Below are positions 18,714-28,219 of a DNA stretch of 64,000 nt, in pieces (position 1 is the first letter of the stretch; every line of letters begins with the position of its first letter). The notes below the pieces were generated by a model. That model did no database searches and was not told the DNA's origin. It worked only from the letters and a program-made list of their open reading frames with translations. Position numbers and translations under genes: made by a program. Source of the stretch: an uncultured virus (IMG/VR IMGVR_UViG_3300027707_000912) (taxonomy: Duplodnaviria > Heunggongvirae > Uroviricota > Caudoviricetes); IMG/VR virus record IMGVR_UViG_3300027707_000912. One strand, given 5' to 3'.

Positions 18714-19640
18714 ATGAGAGTGCAAGAATTTACTCCACGTAAATTAGTTATCTTTGACATAGATGACACCCTAGTTCACACACAAACAAAAGTTCATGTT
18801 GTTAAAGACAGGCGGGTCATTAACAGTCTAAACAGCCACAATTTTACACACTACAAATTACAAGACGGTGAGAAGTTTGATTTTGGAGACTTTGCCAATG
18901 CAAAAGAATTCTTCAACAATGCTAAACCAATCATACCTATGCTTAATCAACTTAAGAATGATATTGCTACAGGCAATAAAGTTGTTATGGTTACTGCCCG
19001 TGCTGACTTTGATGACCGCGAATTATTCTTAGACACGTTCCGCAAGTATGGTGTTGACATGGGCAAGGTCCATGTTTATCGTGCAGGTAACATGCAAGGT
19101 AAGATGCAAACAGAAGAAAAGAAAAAGATTATTATACGTGATTTATTAAACAAAGGCAATTATACCAAAGCTATTATGTACGATGATGCTGTGCCTAATT
19201 TGGAATCATTTGTAGAACTCAAAGATGAATATCCACAAACTAAATTCTATGCGTGGCAGGTGAGCTTAGAAGGTGAAGCAAGTGAGTATCACCGTACTAA
19301 TGAAGATCAGACTTTAGAAGAACGTAAGAAAAAACGCAAACCTCGCAGAGCCGCATATGGTCCTAGTCTATATGGTGGTTACGGATATTTCTCAAACTAT
19401 GGCAACAGCGACAGTAGTGGAGACGCTGGTGGCGGTGATGGTGGCGGTGGAGAAAGCATTAAGAATGAAAACTTTGCTGATGGAAAGAATCCCCAAGACA
19501 AAGGCGATGCCAAACGCCACGGTGTCAATACCAAAGCATCAGTAAGTAGCTTGCGTAAAACTGCCAAGCAAGGTGGACGCAAGGGACAACTAGCACACTG
19601 GCTAGCCAATATGAAAGCAGGAAGGGCAAAAAAGAAATGA
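18714..19640 (+). CDS. HAD-superfamily phosphatase with appended basic modules
   Basis: IFDIDDTL, VTAR, K, MYDD motifs; Gly-rich and Lys-rich tail. Confidence 0.8.
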   Translation: MRVQEFTPRKLVIFDIDDTLVHTQTKVHVVKDRRVINSLNSHNFTHYKLQDGEKFDFGDFANAKEFFNNAKPIIPMLNQLKNDIATGNKVVMVTARADFDDRELFLDTFRKYGVDMGKVHVYRAGNMQGKMQTEEKKKIIIRDLLNKGNYTKAIMYDDAVPNLESFVELKDEYPQTKFYAWQVSLEGEASEYHRTNEDQTLEERKKKRKPRRAAYGPSLYGGYGYFSNYGNSDSSGDAGGGDGGGGESIKNENFADGKNPQDKGDAKRHGVNTKASVSSLRKTAKQGGRKGQLAHWLANMKAGRAKKK

Positions 19641-20020
19641 AAAAACTATTATTGATTGCGGCATTTTTAAGTTTAACAGGCTGTGCCAGCATTATGGAAT
19701 ACATTCCCAGCAGTTGGGATGTTAATCAAGCCAAGAGCATAACAGATATACAACAACAGGTTAGACACTTTGATTGTAAAACAGACTTGAAACCACAAGT
19801 TGATCAGCTGGCCAAGAATGTAGAATGGTTTGACATCTACAGTCAGACCAAACCCACACGTGACATAAACAAACTAACAGGCACTATCAAAGATACTGTT
19901 AAAGAATTGCAAGAGCGTGTAGCCAAAGGTCCGGTGAGTCCATTATACTGTGACCTAAAGAAGAAGATTATACAACAACAAGCAGACATACTGGCTAAAT
20001 CAGTACAAGGGAGATTCTAA
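19637..20020 (+). CDS. putative lipoprotein
   Basis: MKKLLLIAAFLSLTGC lipobox. Confidence 0.75.
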   Translation: MKKLLLIAAFLSLTGCASIMEYIPSSWDVNQAKSITDIQQQVRHFDCKTDLKPQVDQLAKNVEWFDIYSQTKPTRDINKLTGTIKDTVKELQERVAKGPVSPLYCDLKKKIIQQQADILAKSVQGRF

Positions 20021-20250
20021 TGAGTGCATTAGCAGAGTTAATGAACAGTGGTAACACTTGGGCCGCAGAACGTGCCCAGTATGCACTACAAGTACACCAA
20101 GCTGTGGGTGCTGGACAACTAAGCGCCAGCGAAGCCAAAGAGATCTTACAAGATTTAATCAGTACAGATAAACTAGAAGAAGCGGCCGCCGACCAACAAG
20201 CCCGTGCCGCTTTGGTATTTGGCGTTACTCAATTAATTTCCCTTTATTAG
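20020..20250 (+). CDS. hypothetical protein
   Basis: TAATG coupling, GGGAG RBS. Confidence 0.65.
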   Translation: MSALAELMNSGNTWAAERAQYALQVHQAVGAGQLSASEAKEILQDLISTDKLEEAAADQQARAALVFGVTQLISLY

Positions 20251-20260
20251 TCAAATCTAG

Positions 20261-20289
20261 TTGACCTTACGGTCGTTATAGTATAAAAT
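20261..20289 (+). promoter_or_regulatory. sigma70-type promoter for heptose operon
   Basis: TTGACC-17nt-TAAAAT. Confidence 0.65.
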
Positions 20290-20306
20290 ATACTAAAGGA
20301 CTGACA

Positions 20307-20675
20307 ATGACAAGATTAACAGGTATTGTAACTAAAGGTTGGGGCAGTGAAGAGATTTGGGCAACCAATGACAAATACTGTAGTAAGTTTATGCACTTCA
20401 ATCAGGGTGCAAAGTTCAGTATGCACTTTCATAGTGTCAAAGAAGAAACTTGGCGGGTAATGAGTGGTAAGTTTATGCTTAGATTTATTCAAACTAGTGA
20501 TGCAAAAATCTTTGAGTATGAAGGAATTGCCGGAGATGTATTCCATATTGCACCGTTACATCCTCATCAAATAGTTTGTTTAGAAGCCGGCACAATTCTG
20601 GAAGTGTCAACAGCAGACAGCGTAGAAGACAACTATCGAGTAATGCCCGGAGATAACCAACGTGAGCCAACCTAA
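20307..20675 (+). CDS. cupin, sugar isomerase-like
   Basis: KGWGSE, SMHFH..KEETW, HPH, EVST..DNYR. Confidence 0.85.
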   Translation: MTRLTGIVTKGWGSEEIWATNDKYCSKFMHFNQGAKFSMHFHSVKEETWRVMSGKFMLRFIQTSDAKIFEYEGIAGDVFHIAPLHPHQIVCLEAGTILEVSTADSVEDNYRVMPGDNQREPT

Positions 20676-21264
20676 TATTATCTGGACCGGTGGAGGTTCG
20701 GAGATTGGATCTAAATGTGTAGTTGGATTGGACCGTGACGGTGTTATCAACGAGGACCTTGGCACATACTGTTTTAAAGCTGATGCATTTAAACCCATTC
20801 CTGGTAGTATTGAAGCCATGGCTGAACTGCGCCGTAAGGGTTATAAGATTGCAATCATCACTGATCAAGGCGGCATTGAAAAAGGATTGTTTACAGAAGC
20901 AGACGTAGATGCAGTCCACGACTACATGTATGAACTGTTAGGACAAGCAGGATGCTTTACTATTGATGCATTGTACTACTCTGCTAGCAGTCGTAAAGAT
21001 GATCCGTTTGCTAAACCCAACACGGGCATGTTCAAACGCTGTGAGAAAGAAAACAAAGCAATCAAGTTTAAAGAAGGTTACTATGTTGGCGACAAGATGA
21101 AAGATCTCAAAGCCGCAGTTCGTATGGGTGCTAAGCCTGTGTTAGTACGTACAGGATACGGTAAAGAAACAGAACAAGAGCTAGGTCGTTATTCAAATAA
21201 AGAAATCAAACGGCGTGTAGTAATATTTGATAACCTAGCACAATTTGTAGAGTCACTAGAATGA
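20662..21264 (+). CDS. gmhB: D-glycero-D-manno-heptose 1,7-bisphosphate phosphatase
   Basis: LDRDGVIN, ITDQGGI, KPNTGM, VGDK..D, LVRTGYG. Confidence 0.88.
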   Translation: MSQPNIIWTGGGSEIGSKCVVGLDRDGVINEDLGTYCFKADAFKPIPGSIEAMAELRRKGYKIAIITDQGGIEKGLFTEADVDAVHDYMYELLGQAGCFTIDALYYSASSRKDDPFAKPNTGMFKRCEKENKAIKFKEGYYVGDKMKDLKAAVRMGAKPVLVRTGYGKETEQELGRYSNKEIKRRVVIFDNLAQFVESLE

Positions 21265-21650
21265 AAGTATTCGTTAACGGAACATTTGATATACTGCACT
21301 TAGGGCATCTTGCATTGATTGCCTATGCTCGTAGTCTGGGTGATACTGTGTTAGTAGGCATTGACAGTGACGATCGTGTACAATCACTTAAAGGTCCTAG
21401 TAGACCAATTAAGGGCGAGTTTGAACGTGCTTGCATACTGTCTGCACTAAAGGATGTAGAAGAAGTATGTATCTTTAATACAGATGAAGAGCTAATTGAA
21501 TTAATAAAAGAATGCGATATAATGGTTAAAGGATCTGACTGGAAGGGTAAACCTATAGTCGGTGAAGAGCATTGTAAACGTATAGAATTTTTTGAGAGAA
21601 TAAATGAATACTCGACCACTAACACAATTAAAGATATTACTAATCGGTGA
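21261..21650 (+). CDS. hldC: heptose-1-phosphate adenylyltransferase (RfaE domain II)
   Basis: NGTFDILHLGH, KGPSRP, VKGSDW, YSTT. Confidence 0.88.
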   Translation: MKVFVNGTFDILHLGHLALIAYARSLGDTVLVGIDSDDRVQSLKGPSRPIKGEFERACILSALKDVEEVCIFNTDEELIELIKECDIMVKGSDWKGKPIVGEEHCKRIEFFERINEYSTTNTIKDITNR

Positions 21651-22356
21651 TGATTGCGTAGACACTTATGTCTACGGAACTGTTGATCGTATTAGTCCAG
21701 AAGCTCCCGTGCCGGTGTTTGAACCTAAGTATGAAATAGTCTTAGACGGCATGGCAGGCAATGTGCGTAAGAATTTGGAAGCGTTAGGATGTGATGTAAA
21801 ATTTTTACACGGCAGTACTAGTAAGAAGAAGCGTATAATTGATCAACGTAGTAAACAACAATTACTTCGCATAGACAATGACACAGCTAGCGATCCTATA
21901 ACAATTGAAAGTGAATTGCCGGCATACGATGCCATTGTGATAAGTGACTATAACAAAGGCGCAGTTACTTACGAACTAGTTGAAGATCTACGCAGTAGAT
22001 TCAAAGGCCCAATCTTTATTGACACAAAGAAAACAGACCTAGCTAGATTCAACGGATGTTATATAAAGATTAACAAACTAGAGCATAAACGTGCTACAAG
22101 TTTACCCGACGACAGATGGCTAATTGTTACACATGGTAGTGATGGTGCAGTTTGGAACGGCTGGGTGTTCCCGGCAGAAGTAGTGGGCGATGTTACTGAT
22201 GTCACTGGTGCTGGAGATACATTCCTTGCGGCATTTGCTTATGAGTATCTAATACAAGAATATGTACAAGCCGCAATTAAGTTTGCTATTAGAGCTAGCG
22301 GCATCACAGTACAGCATGTTGGAGTATATGCTCCACGGTTGGATCAACTACTATGA
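21604..22356 (+). CDS. hldA: heptose-7-phosphate kinase (RfaE domain I, PfkB family)
   Basis: RISPEAPVP, ISDYNKG, DVTGAGDTF. Confidence 0.9.
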   Translation: MNTRPLTQLKILLIGDDCVDTYVYGTVDRISPEAPVPVFEPKYEIVLDGMAGNVRKNLEALGCDVKFLHGSTSKKKRIIDQRSKQQLLRIDNDTASDPITIESELPAYDAIVISDYNKGAVTYELVEDLRSRFKGPIFIDTKKTDLARFNGCYIKINKLEHKRATSLPDDRWLIVTHGSDGAVWNGWVFPAEVVGDVTDVTGAGDTFLAAFAYEYLIQEYVQAAIKFAIRASGITVQHVGVYAPRLDQLL

Positions 22357-23195
22357 TTGTCTTAACAGGTGCAAATGGGTTTATTGGAAGCGTTGTACTT
22401 GGTTACTTAAACAAACAAGGCATAGATGATATTGCCCTAGTTGAAATAGAACCTATACCCAGCCGCTACTTAGAAGGTAAGAAGTATAGATCGTTTAATG
22501 GTAACATTACAGATCCAACATGCGTTATACATATTGGCGCAAACTCTAGCACACTTGAAACTAATCAAGAAAGCATTAACTTAACTAACATAAGTCCAAC
22601 TCACCATTGGAATACTATTTGTAAAGAGAATAACATTCCGTTTATCTTTACCAGCACTGCGGCAGTATACGGCAACGGTACTGGGCCATTAAACTTGTAT
22701 GCAAACAGTAAACAAACTAGCGAACAAGACATGGATGGAGTTATACTAAGACTGTTTAATGTGTATGGTCCTAATGAATCACACAAAGGTCGTATGGCCA
22801 GTACTATCTATCATTGGTACAATCAACTGGTAGACACTAACACTATAAAGATATTTGAAAATAGCAACAACTATTGCAGAGACTTTATTTGGGTAGAAGA
22901 TGTTGCCAAGACTATCTATCATTTTGTTAACAACTATAAACCCGGAACTTATGATGTAGGCACTGGATCTAGTTATAGCTTTGAGTCTATTGCAGATCTT
23001 ATTATAAGCAATCATAAGAACGGGCATAAAGAATATATCCCTATGCCCAAAGATTTAAAAGCTCAGTACCAACTCAATACTCGTGCTGATGTTACTAACT
23101 TATACTCTGCCGGAGTAGATGTTGATAGCTTTCTAACTCCCGCAGATGGTATTGCAGAATATGTTAAGTACCTGTCTTCTCAAAGACTATTTTAA
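22353..23195 (+). CDS. hldD: second ADP-heptose 6-epimerase-like SDR
   Basis: [38 protein letters not shown]. Confidence 0.85.
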   Translation: MIVLTGANGFIGSVVLGYLNKQGIDDIALVEIEPIPSRYLEGKKYRSFNGNITDPTCVIHIGANSSTLETNQESINLTNISPTHHWNTICKENNIPFIFTSTAAVYGNGTGPLNLYANSKQTSEQDMDGVILRLFNVYGPNESHKGRMASTIYHWYNQLVDTNTIKIFENSNNYCRDFIWVEDVAKTIYHFVNNYKPGTYDVGTGSSYSFESIADLIISNHKNGHKEYIPMPKDLKAQYQLNTRADVTNLYSAGVDVDSFLTPADGIAEYVKYLSSQRLF

Positions 23196-24369
23196 GTGCT
23201 TTAACTAGATCTTCAATCATTCCATCATCATGAAACGGAGTAGGCGCAAAACGTAATCGTTCAGTGCCTACATCAACTGTAGGATAGTTAATTGCCTGCA
23301 CATAGATGTTGTGATCGTTTAATAATGCATCACTCATTGCTTTGGCACGTTTAGCATCTCCTACTAGTACAGGAACGATATGTTCACTAGCACATGGCAT
23401 AACAGTAATGCCGGCAACACCTAAACGATGCTTTAGTTTACGAGCACGTTCTTGATGCTTTTCACGCACTTCATTATGATCCTTCAAATACTTGATAGCG
23501 GCCAATGCGCCAGCACAAGTAACAGGACTCATGCTTGTTGTAAAGATAAAACCAGCGGCAACACTACGAATAGCATCTGCTACAACAGCCTTACAAGCAA
23601 TGTAACCGCCCTGGACTCCAAAGGCCTTTCCCAAGGTACCGTTGACTATGTCAACTTTGTCTTGTAGTCCCAACTGCTCTAACTTGCCAGCACCTTTCTC
23701 ACCATACAGGCCAACAGCATGTACTTCGTCAATGTAGGTAATGGCTTTGTACTTTTTAGCTAACTCACATATCTCTTTAATATGTCCACAATCACCGTCC
23801 ATTGAGTATACTGATTCAAATACCACACACGGTACATTGCCCTGTGCAAAACTGATCTTGAGTTTCTGATCTAGATCTGCTAAGTCATTGTGTTTAAACA
23901 CAACTTTCTTAGCCTTACTGTGTTGAATGCCTACAATGATACTGTTGTGATTGTTTTCATCGCTGATGTATTCAATGTTGGGAATAATTTTAGCCAGAGC
24001 AATCAAGGTCCACTCGTTGGCCACATAAGCTGAACTAAACAACAAGGCTTTTTCTTTCTTATGTAAAGTAGCTAACTCGTGCTCTAGCGCCACGTGATAG
24101 TGACTGGTACCACCAATGTTTCGTGTGCCGCCTGACCCGGCGCCAGTCATGTCTAATGCGGTGTGCATGGCATCTAGTACTACCTTGCTTTGTCCCATGC
24201 CCAAGTAGTCGTTGCTACACCAGTTGGTTATGTTCTTAATGTTGTAAGGGCCATACCAAATAGCCTGTGGGAACTTGCCATTTTCACGCAGAATATCGTT
24301 GAATACACGGTATTTGCCGTTTTCTTTAAGATCTGTAATTAGTTTTTCGAATGGTTCGATGTTTATCAT
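23164..24369 (-). CDS. hemA: 5-aminolevulinate synthase (Shemin pathway)
   Basis: [41 protein letters not shown] (PLP Lys). Confidence 0.93.
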   Translation of the reverse strand: MINIEPFEKLITDLKENGKYRVFNDILRENGKFPQAIWYGPYNIKNITNWCSNDYLGMGQSKVVLDAMHTALDMTGAGSGGTRNIGGTSHYHVALEHELATLHKKEKALLFSSAYVANEWTLIALAKIIPNIEYISDENNHNSIIVGIQHSKAKKVVFKHNDLADLDQKLKISFAQGNVPCVVFESVYSMDGDCGHIKEICELAKKYKAITYIDEVHAVGLYGEKGAGKLEQLGLQDKVDIVNGTLGKAFGVQGGYIACKAVVADAIRSVAAGFIFTTSMSPVTCAGALAAIKYLKDHNEVREKHQERARKLKHRLGVAGITVMPCASEHIVPVLVGDAKRAKAMSDALLNDHNIYVQAINYPTVDVGTERLRFAPTPFHDDGMIEDLVKALKIVFEKTGT

Positions 24370-24376
24370 AGTAACG

Positions 24377-24394
24377 TATTTATAGCATAAATAT
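24377..24394. promoter_or_regulatory. back-to-back late promoters (TAAATA on each strand)
   Basis: TATTTAtagcaTAAATA between divergent hemA and 24413 genes. Confidence 0.65.
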
Positions 24395-24412
24395 TGTTAG
24401 AGGATACAAATA

Positions 24413-25621
24413 ATGGCCCTAAACGGAATATCAACACTGACAATACCAACTGGCTTAACAGCAACCAGTTTTAACGGGGGCGGCGCCAGCAGTTATCTAG
24501 TGGCAGTGGGCACGTTCAACTATGACGCATACGGAGTAGGAACCCTAGCCACTAGAAAAGACAGTGGCACCTTAGACACTTACATGGCACAGGTAATTGC
24601 CCTGGGTGCTGGTGCTAGGAACTGGACTTTTGTGCCAGCCAACGGCCAACCCAGTTTTACAAGATCAATGAACCAACCTGATGGCACAGGTGAATCCAAT
24701 GATCCTAGTGAGTCTGGTGTTGACATTTGGACTATCACCACAGCAAATTCACTAGCCCTTGCAGGCAGTGGTGCTGGTGAACTTAATACATCGTTAATTC
24801 CCAACGGCACATCATTTGTCATATACGCAACTGAGTTAGGTGGCGGCGGCGGAGCAGACAAAGAGGCTAGGCAGATTGCTAAACTTGACATAGCTGAAGC
24901 TAAACGTCAGGGCAAGGTAGTTGCTAGAGATGGCACCATTACTGGTAGTTTAGATGCTACCAAACCGTACTATCGTGCTAAAAATACTTACGATCTTGCA
25001 TTTTTGCCAACACAATATGATGGTACCGATATTGTTGACAACGCCAACACCAGCGGATTATTACAAGGTCGTCCTTGGTACGATCCAAACACCGAAGCAA
25101 CATACAACGGTGAAGTTATTGAAGTAAGCCCAGGTATATGGCGTACTAACTATGAAGGTTATCATTATGAAAGTGCTAACTTCTTTGATACTGCTGCCTT
25201 AAAGGCTGCTCCTAATAACTTTGACGCTGCTGACAATGACATCAACGAACCAGACCTACCCAACTCCACTAGTATGATGCTGAAAGGTTACTTACGAGTA
25301 ACATACACTGGCAACTACACAATATATTTGAGTTGTGATGACGGTGCTTACTTGTGGTTTGGCGACAATGCTATTACCAACTGGCGAAGCGGTGATACAT
25401 TAACTAACGTGATTATATCAAACGGCGGTCTACACGGCGAGAGTGAAGTGTCAACTACAGTCGCTCTAACAGCAGGCACATACATTCCCTTGCGTGTGAT
25501 GTTTGGTAATGGTCCAGACGGTCCAGGAGTGCTAACTGTCAGTTATGAGTATCCAGGACAGGCCAAGACATCAGACTTTACTGGTAAAATCTTTTACAGA
25601 ACTTCCACTAACGGCTTCTAA
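24413..25621 (+). CDS. putative virion protein with C-terminal PA14 carbohydrate-binding domain
   Basis: GYL..TGNYTIYLSCDDGAYLW..NGGLHG..LTAGTYIPLRV. Confidence 0.75.
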   Translation: MALNGISTLTIPTGLTATSFNGGGASSYLVAVGTFNYDAYGVGTLATRKDSGTLDTYMAQVIALGAGARNWTFVPANGQPSFTRSMNQPDGTGESNDPSESGVDIWTITTANSLALAGSGAGELNTSLIPNGTSFVIYATELGGGGGADKEARQIAKLDIAEAKRQGKVVARDGTITGSLDATKPYYRAKNTYDLAFLPTQYDGTDIVDNANTSGLLQGRPWYDPNTEATYNGEVIEVSPGIWRTNYEGYHYESANFFDTAALKAAPNNFDAADNDINEPDLPNSTSMMLKGYLRVTYTGNYTIYLSCDDGAYLWFGDNAITNWRSGDTLTNVIISNGGLHGESEVSTTVALTAGTYIPLRVMFGNGPDGPGVLTVSYEYPGQAKTSDFTGKIFYRTSTNGF

Positions 25622-25632
25622 TAAGTACATAT

Positions 25633-26043
25633 ATGAAGATTAAAGAACTCCTAACTGAAAGTCTAAACAAGAAGGATACCTATCCAATCCTATTGGACTT
25701 TATCCGTTTTGCCGCCAAAGACTTAGAGCTAACCAGCTTGCCTAAGTTTGACTTTGTGTTTGATAACAAAGAGTCTATGGAACGTAGAAGCTTTGGTGGA
25801 TATGCTCCGGGCGACGAACATATTACTATCACAGTAAAGAATCGTCACATCATGGATGTATGCCGTACATTAGCACATGAACTTGTACACTACAAGCAAG
25901 ACTTAGACAATGAGCTAGAAGATGATGAAGCAGGATCTACAGGATCACCACAAGAAAATGAAGCCAATGCCCGAGCGGCAGTAATCATGCGCAACTGGGG
26001 TAAAGCACATCCATCGTACTTTGGACAAGAAAGCGTTGCATGA
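25633..26043 (+). CDS. zincin metallopeptidase-like putative internal virion protein
   Basis: RTLAHELVH (HExxH), ENEANA; MKIKELLTE leader. Confidence 0.75.
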   Translation: MKIKELLTESLNKKDTYPILLDFIRFAAKDLELTSLPKFDFVFDNKESMERRSFGGYAPGDEHITITVKNRHIMDVCRTLAHELVHYKQDLDNELEDDEAGSTGSPQENEANARAAVIMRNWGKAHPSYFGQESVA

Positions 26044-26393
26044 GCTGGGGTTACCACTTAATATTAGATTGTAGCGATTGCAATCTAGAATCTATTACTG
26101 ATAGAACAACTATTAATAATTTTGTTGTTACATTAATTGAACGAATTAATATGACAGCATATGGTAGTCCACAAATAGAACTCATGCTGGTTGGTACTGA
26201 CAACGAAGGCTATAGTCTACTGCAAATGATAACAACTAGCAATATAACAGCACACTTTGTTAATTCAACAAAGGCCGCTTATATCGATGTGTTTAGTTGT
26301 AAGGATTTTGATACAAGCCAAGCAATACATACTGTAGAAGAATTCTTTAGTCCTACAAGTATAAAATCAAACCTAATATATAGACAAGCATAA
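26040..26393 (+). CDS. speD: S-adenosylmethionine decarboxylase proenzyme-like
   Basis: GYHLILD, TSNITAHF, YIDVFSCK. Confidence 0.8.
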   Translation: MSWGYHLILDCSDCNLESITDRTTINNFVVTLIERINMTAYGSPQIELMLVGTDNEGYSLLQMITTSNITAHFVNSTKAAYIDVFSCKDFDTSQAIHTVEEFFSPTSIKSNLIYRQA

Positions 26394-26416
26394 AAAAGGA
26401 CTCCGAAGAGTCCTTT
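26392..26416. terminator. intrinsic terminator between convergent genes
   Basis: AAAGGACTC-CGAA-GAGTCCTTT. Confidence 0.85.
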
Positions 26417-26452
26417 AGTGTTTTTATAGTATCAACCTACTAAAAGCTATGC

Positions 26453-26722
26453 TTACTTCTTTGTGCCCGTATTAACGAACCCATAGAACTTTTCAGCCGC
26501 TTCCATGATCTTGTCTAAGCCTGGAAACTCTGGCATATCTACTCTGGTAACAACTTGACCAGTCTTTTCGTCTTTGGCCACTGACATTTCCCAACCGCGG
26601 AACTTTGAGTGGTATTCTTCCATAACAGCGTCTTTGGCCATGGACAGCACGTCTGTGCGGATCTCGTAACCGTTCTTGCTGAATTTAACTTCTGGTAGTT
26701 TTGGTGTTTCGAATTGTGACAT
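26453..26722 (-). CDS. hypothetical phage protein
   Basis: AGGAG RBS, upstream TAAATA and hairpin. Confidence 0.75.
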   Translation of the reverse strand: MSQFETPKLPEVKFSKNGYEIRTDVLSMAKDAVMEEYHSKFRGWEMSVAKDEKTGQVVTRVDMPEFPGLDKIMEAAEKFYGFVNTGTKK

Positions 26723-26820
26723 AATAATCTCCTGTGTGTAATGTCTGTATTGACAGCAACTTTGCTGTCCATGTATTTATTATACAGTATACATAACTGT
26801 GTGTAAAGCTGAATGACTTA

Positions 26821-27393
26821 TTAGCGAAACTTGTTTACTCTTTCTTCCACAAGTTTAACAACTGCATCACTCAGCACAACTTCATAGTGGTTACAGTCCA
26901 CTTCCACCAGTTCCATGTCCCCATGATGCCGTTGACTGGCAATAGTTACCACACCATCGTTGGGCCCATGCATGAACGGACTTTGTCCTTTCACAGTAAC
27001 AATGTTTGTCCACGGATGCTGTATCTTGATACGGTTGGCCTGCTTCATTACCCACGAACTGGGTCCAATGTCACGCATCAGTCTGCTGAATGGTAAAAAG
27101 TATTGAGCATAGTCCGCTACTTCAGCACCACCATATGGTGTGCTCAATGTAACAGCACCCTTAACGGACTCGGGCATTGAGTTGGCCAAATGCAATGCGT
27201 ATATACCGCCCAAGCTGTGTGCAACAAACACTAGGTTCTTATAGTTTTGCAACGTTGACTGCATGTCTTTTAGATTGTTTTCAAACCCATTTCGACTGTC
27301 ATAATTAAGGTCTAAGCCCGTGCCCAGTTTACTTTTAATATAGTTGAAGCTTTCGCTTGTGGCATTTGCTCCATGAATGTACACCAAGTTCAT
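26821..27393 (-). CDS. alpha/beta hydrolase (lipase/esterase-like)
   Basis: YIHG, AHSLGG nucleophile elbow, STPYGG, NDGVV, NH. Confidence 0.88.
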   Translation of the reverse strand: MNLVYIHGANATSESFNYIKSKLGTGLDLNYDSRNGFENNLKDMQSTLQNYKNLVFVAHSLGGIYALHLANSMPESVKGAVTLSTPYGGAEVADYAQYFLPFSRLMRDIGPSSWVMKQANRIKIQHPWTNIVTVKGQSPFMHGPNDGVVTIASQRHHGDMELVEVDCNHYEVVLSDAVVKLVEERVNKFR

Positions 27394-27421
27394 GCCAATA
27401 TTTATCAGGTGTTGTACAGCG

Positions 27422-27535
27422 TCAAGCCATAGTGATGGCAATGAAAGCCAACATAAACATCAATACTGCTCCCACAATGGGTAGCACGATGTGTACGTGT
27501 TTGACCACTGATTCTACTGGATCATGCTCGTCCAT
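27422..27535 (-). CDS. small single-TM protein
   Basis: MDEHDPVESVVKHVHIVLPIVGAVLMFMLAFIAITMA. Confidence 0.55.
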   Translation of the reverse strand: MDEHDPVESVVKHVHIVLPIVGAVLMFMLAFIAITMA

Positions 27536-27647
27536 TGTACACAGCTTTGGATTCTTCCACGCGACCTTGACGAGCAAGGCTAGCCGCATAACGTGCTTGG
27601 CCAAATGCTTCTAAAAATGACCAGATTGAGTTGATGATTGTTTTCAT
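27522..27647 (-). CDS. small protein (41 aa, not in ORF track)
   Basis: MKTIINSIWSFLEAFGQARYAASLARQGR..; ATGA overlap with upstream gene. Confidence 0.6.
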   Translation of the reverse strand: MKTIINSIWSFLEAFGQARYAASLARQGRVEESKAVYNGRA

Positions 27648-27823
27648 AGATAATTCCCTTTTTGAGAGTAGTTGAACTCGCGAACATAGTTTTCGAGTTG
27701 AGCGGCATCGGTAATGCCTTTGTCTGCTAGATAAGCATCTAGACTTGATTGATAACTGCTACCTGGGAACATTTCACTTAAACGTTCCAGTATAGACTGC
27801 ATCTTTTCTGATAGATATTTCAT
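27644..27823 (-). CDS. DUF3563-like small protein
   Basis: LDAYLA..DAAQLE..REF motif; AGGA RBS. Confidence 0.55.
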   Translation of the reverse strand: MKYLSEKMQSILERLSEMFPGSSYQSSLDAYLADKGITDAAQLENYVREFNYSQKGNYL

Positions 27824-27912
27824 TTTGCTTTCCTGTGTGTTGGTGTAGTTACTCATGGTTTCTACTTAGTATTTAGCAAGTATACACGGCACTGCAACAT
27901 TTACCAAGTTAA

Positions 27913-27948
27913 TTGATATTATTATTCAATCCGTGTATACTATAAATA
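27913..27948 (+). promoter_or_regulatory. overlapping sigma70-type and late promoters
   Basis: TTGATA-17nt-TATACT overlapping TATAAATA (T4 late consensus). Confidence 0.65.
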
Positions 27949-27967
27949 CACTTGGAAGAATAAAAAT

Positions 27968-28219
27968 ATGCGTAAAAGTACCAGATCAATTTTGCAGGAA
28001 CTTAGCGACCTAGGTATCAGTCGAGACACTGACCTAGTAGTTGAAAGCCGCGGTTCAAACATAATTCAAAGTGCTATTAATCTAATTAATCTCATCAAGG
28101 AAAACTACGACATTGAAACTGCCGCCGAACTAGAACGCCGCTTTATCAACAGCATTAAGTCTGGTGATGGCACCAAGTTCAAGCGTGGCATCAAACGTAT
28201 ACAGGAAGATAAAGAATGA
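27968..28219 (+). CDS. hypothetical phage protein
   Basis: ORF behind promoter. Confidence 0.75.
   Translation: MRKSTRSILQELSDLGISRDTDLVVESRGSNIIQSAINLINLIKENYDIETAAELERRFINSIKSGDGTKFKRGIKRIQEDKE

Noticed and set aside
19628..19640. A_AAA_AAG that could fuse the HAD gene to the downstream lipoprotein
   Set aside because: The downstream gene has its own ATGA-coupled start and signal peptide; ordinary coupling explains it.
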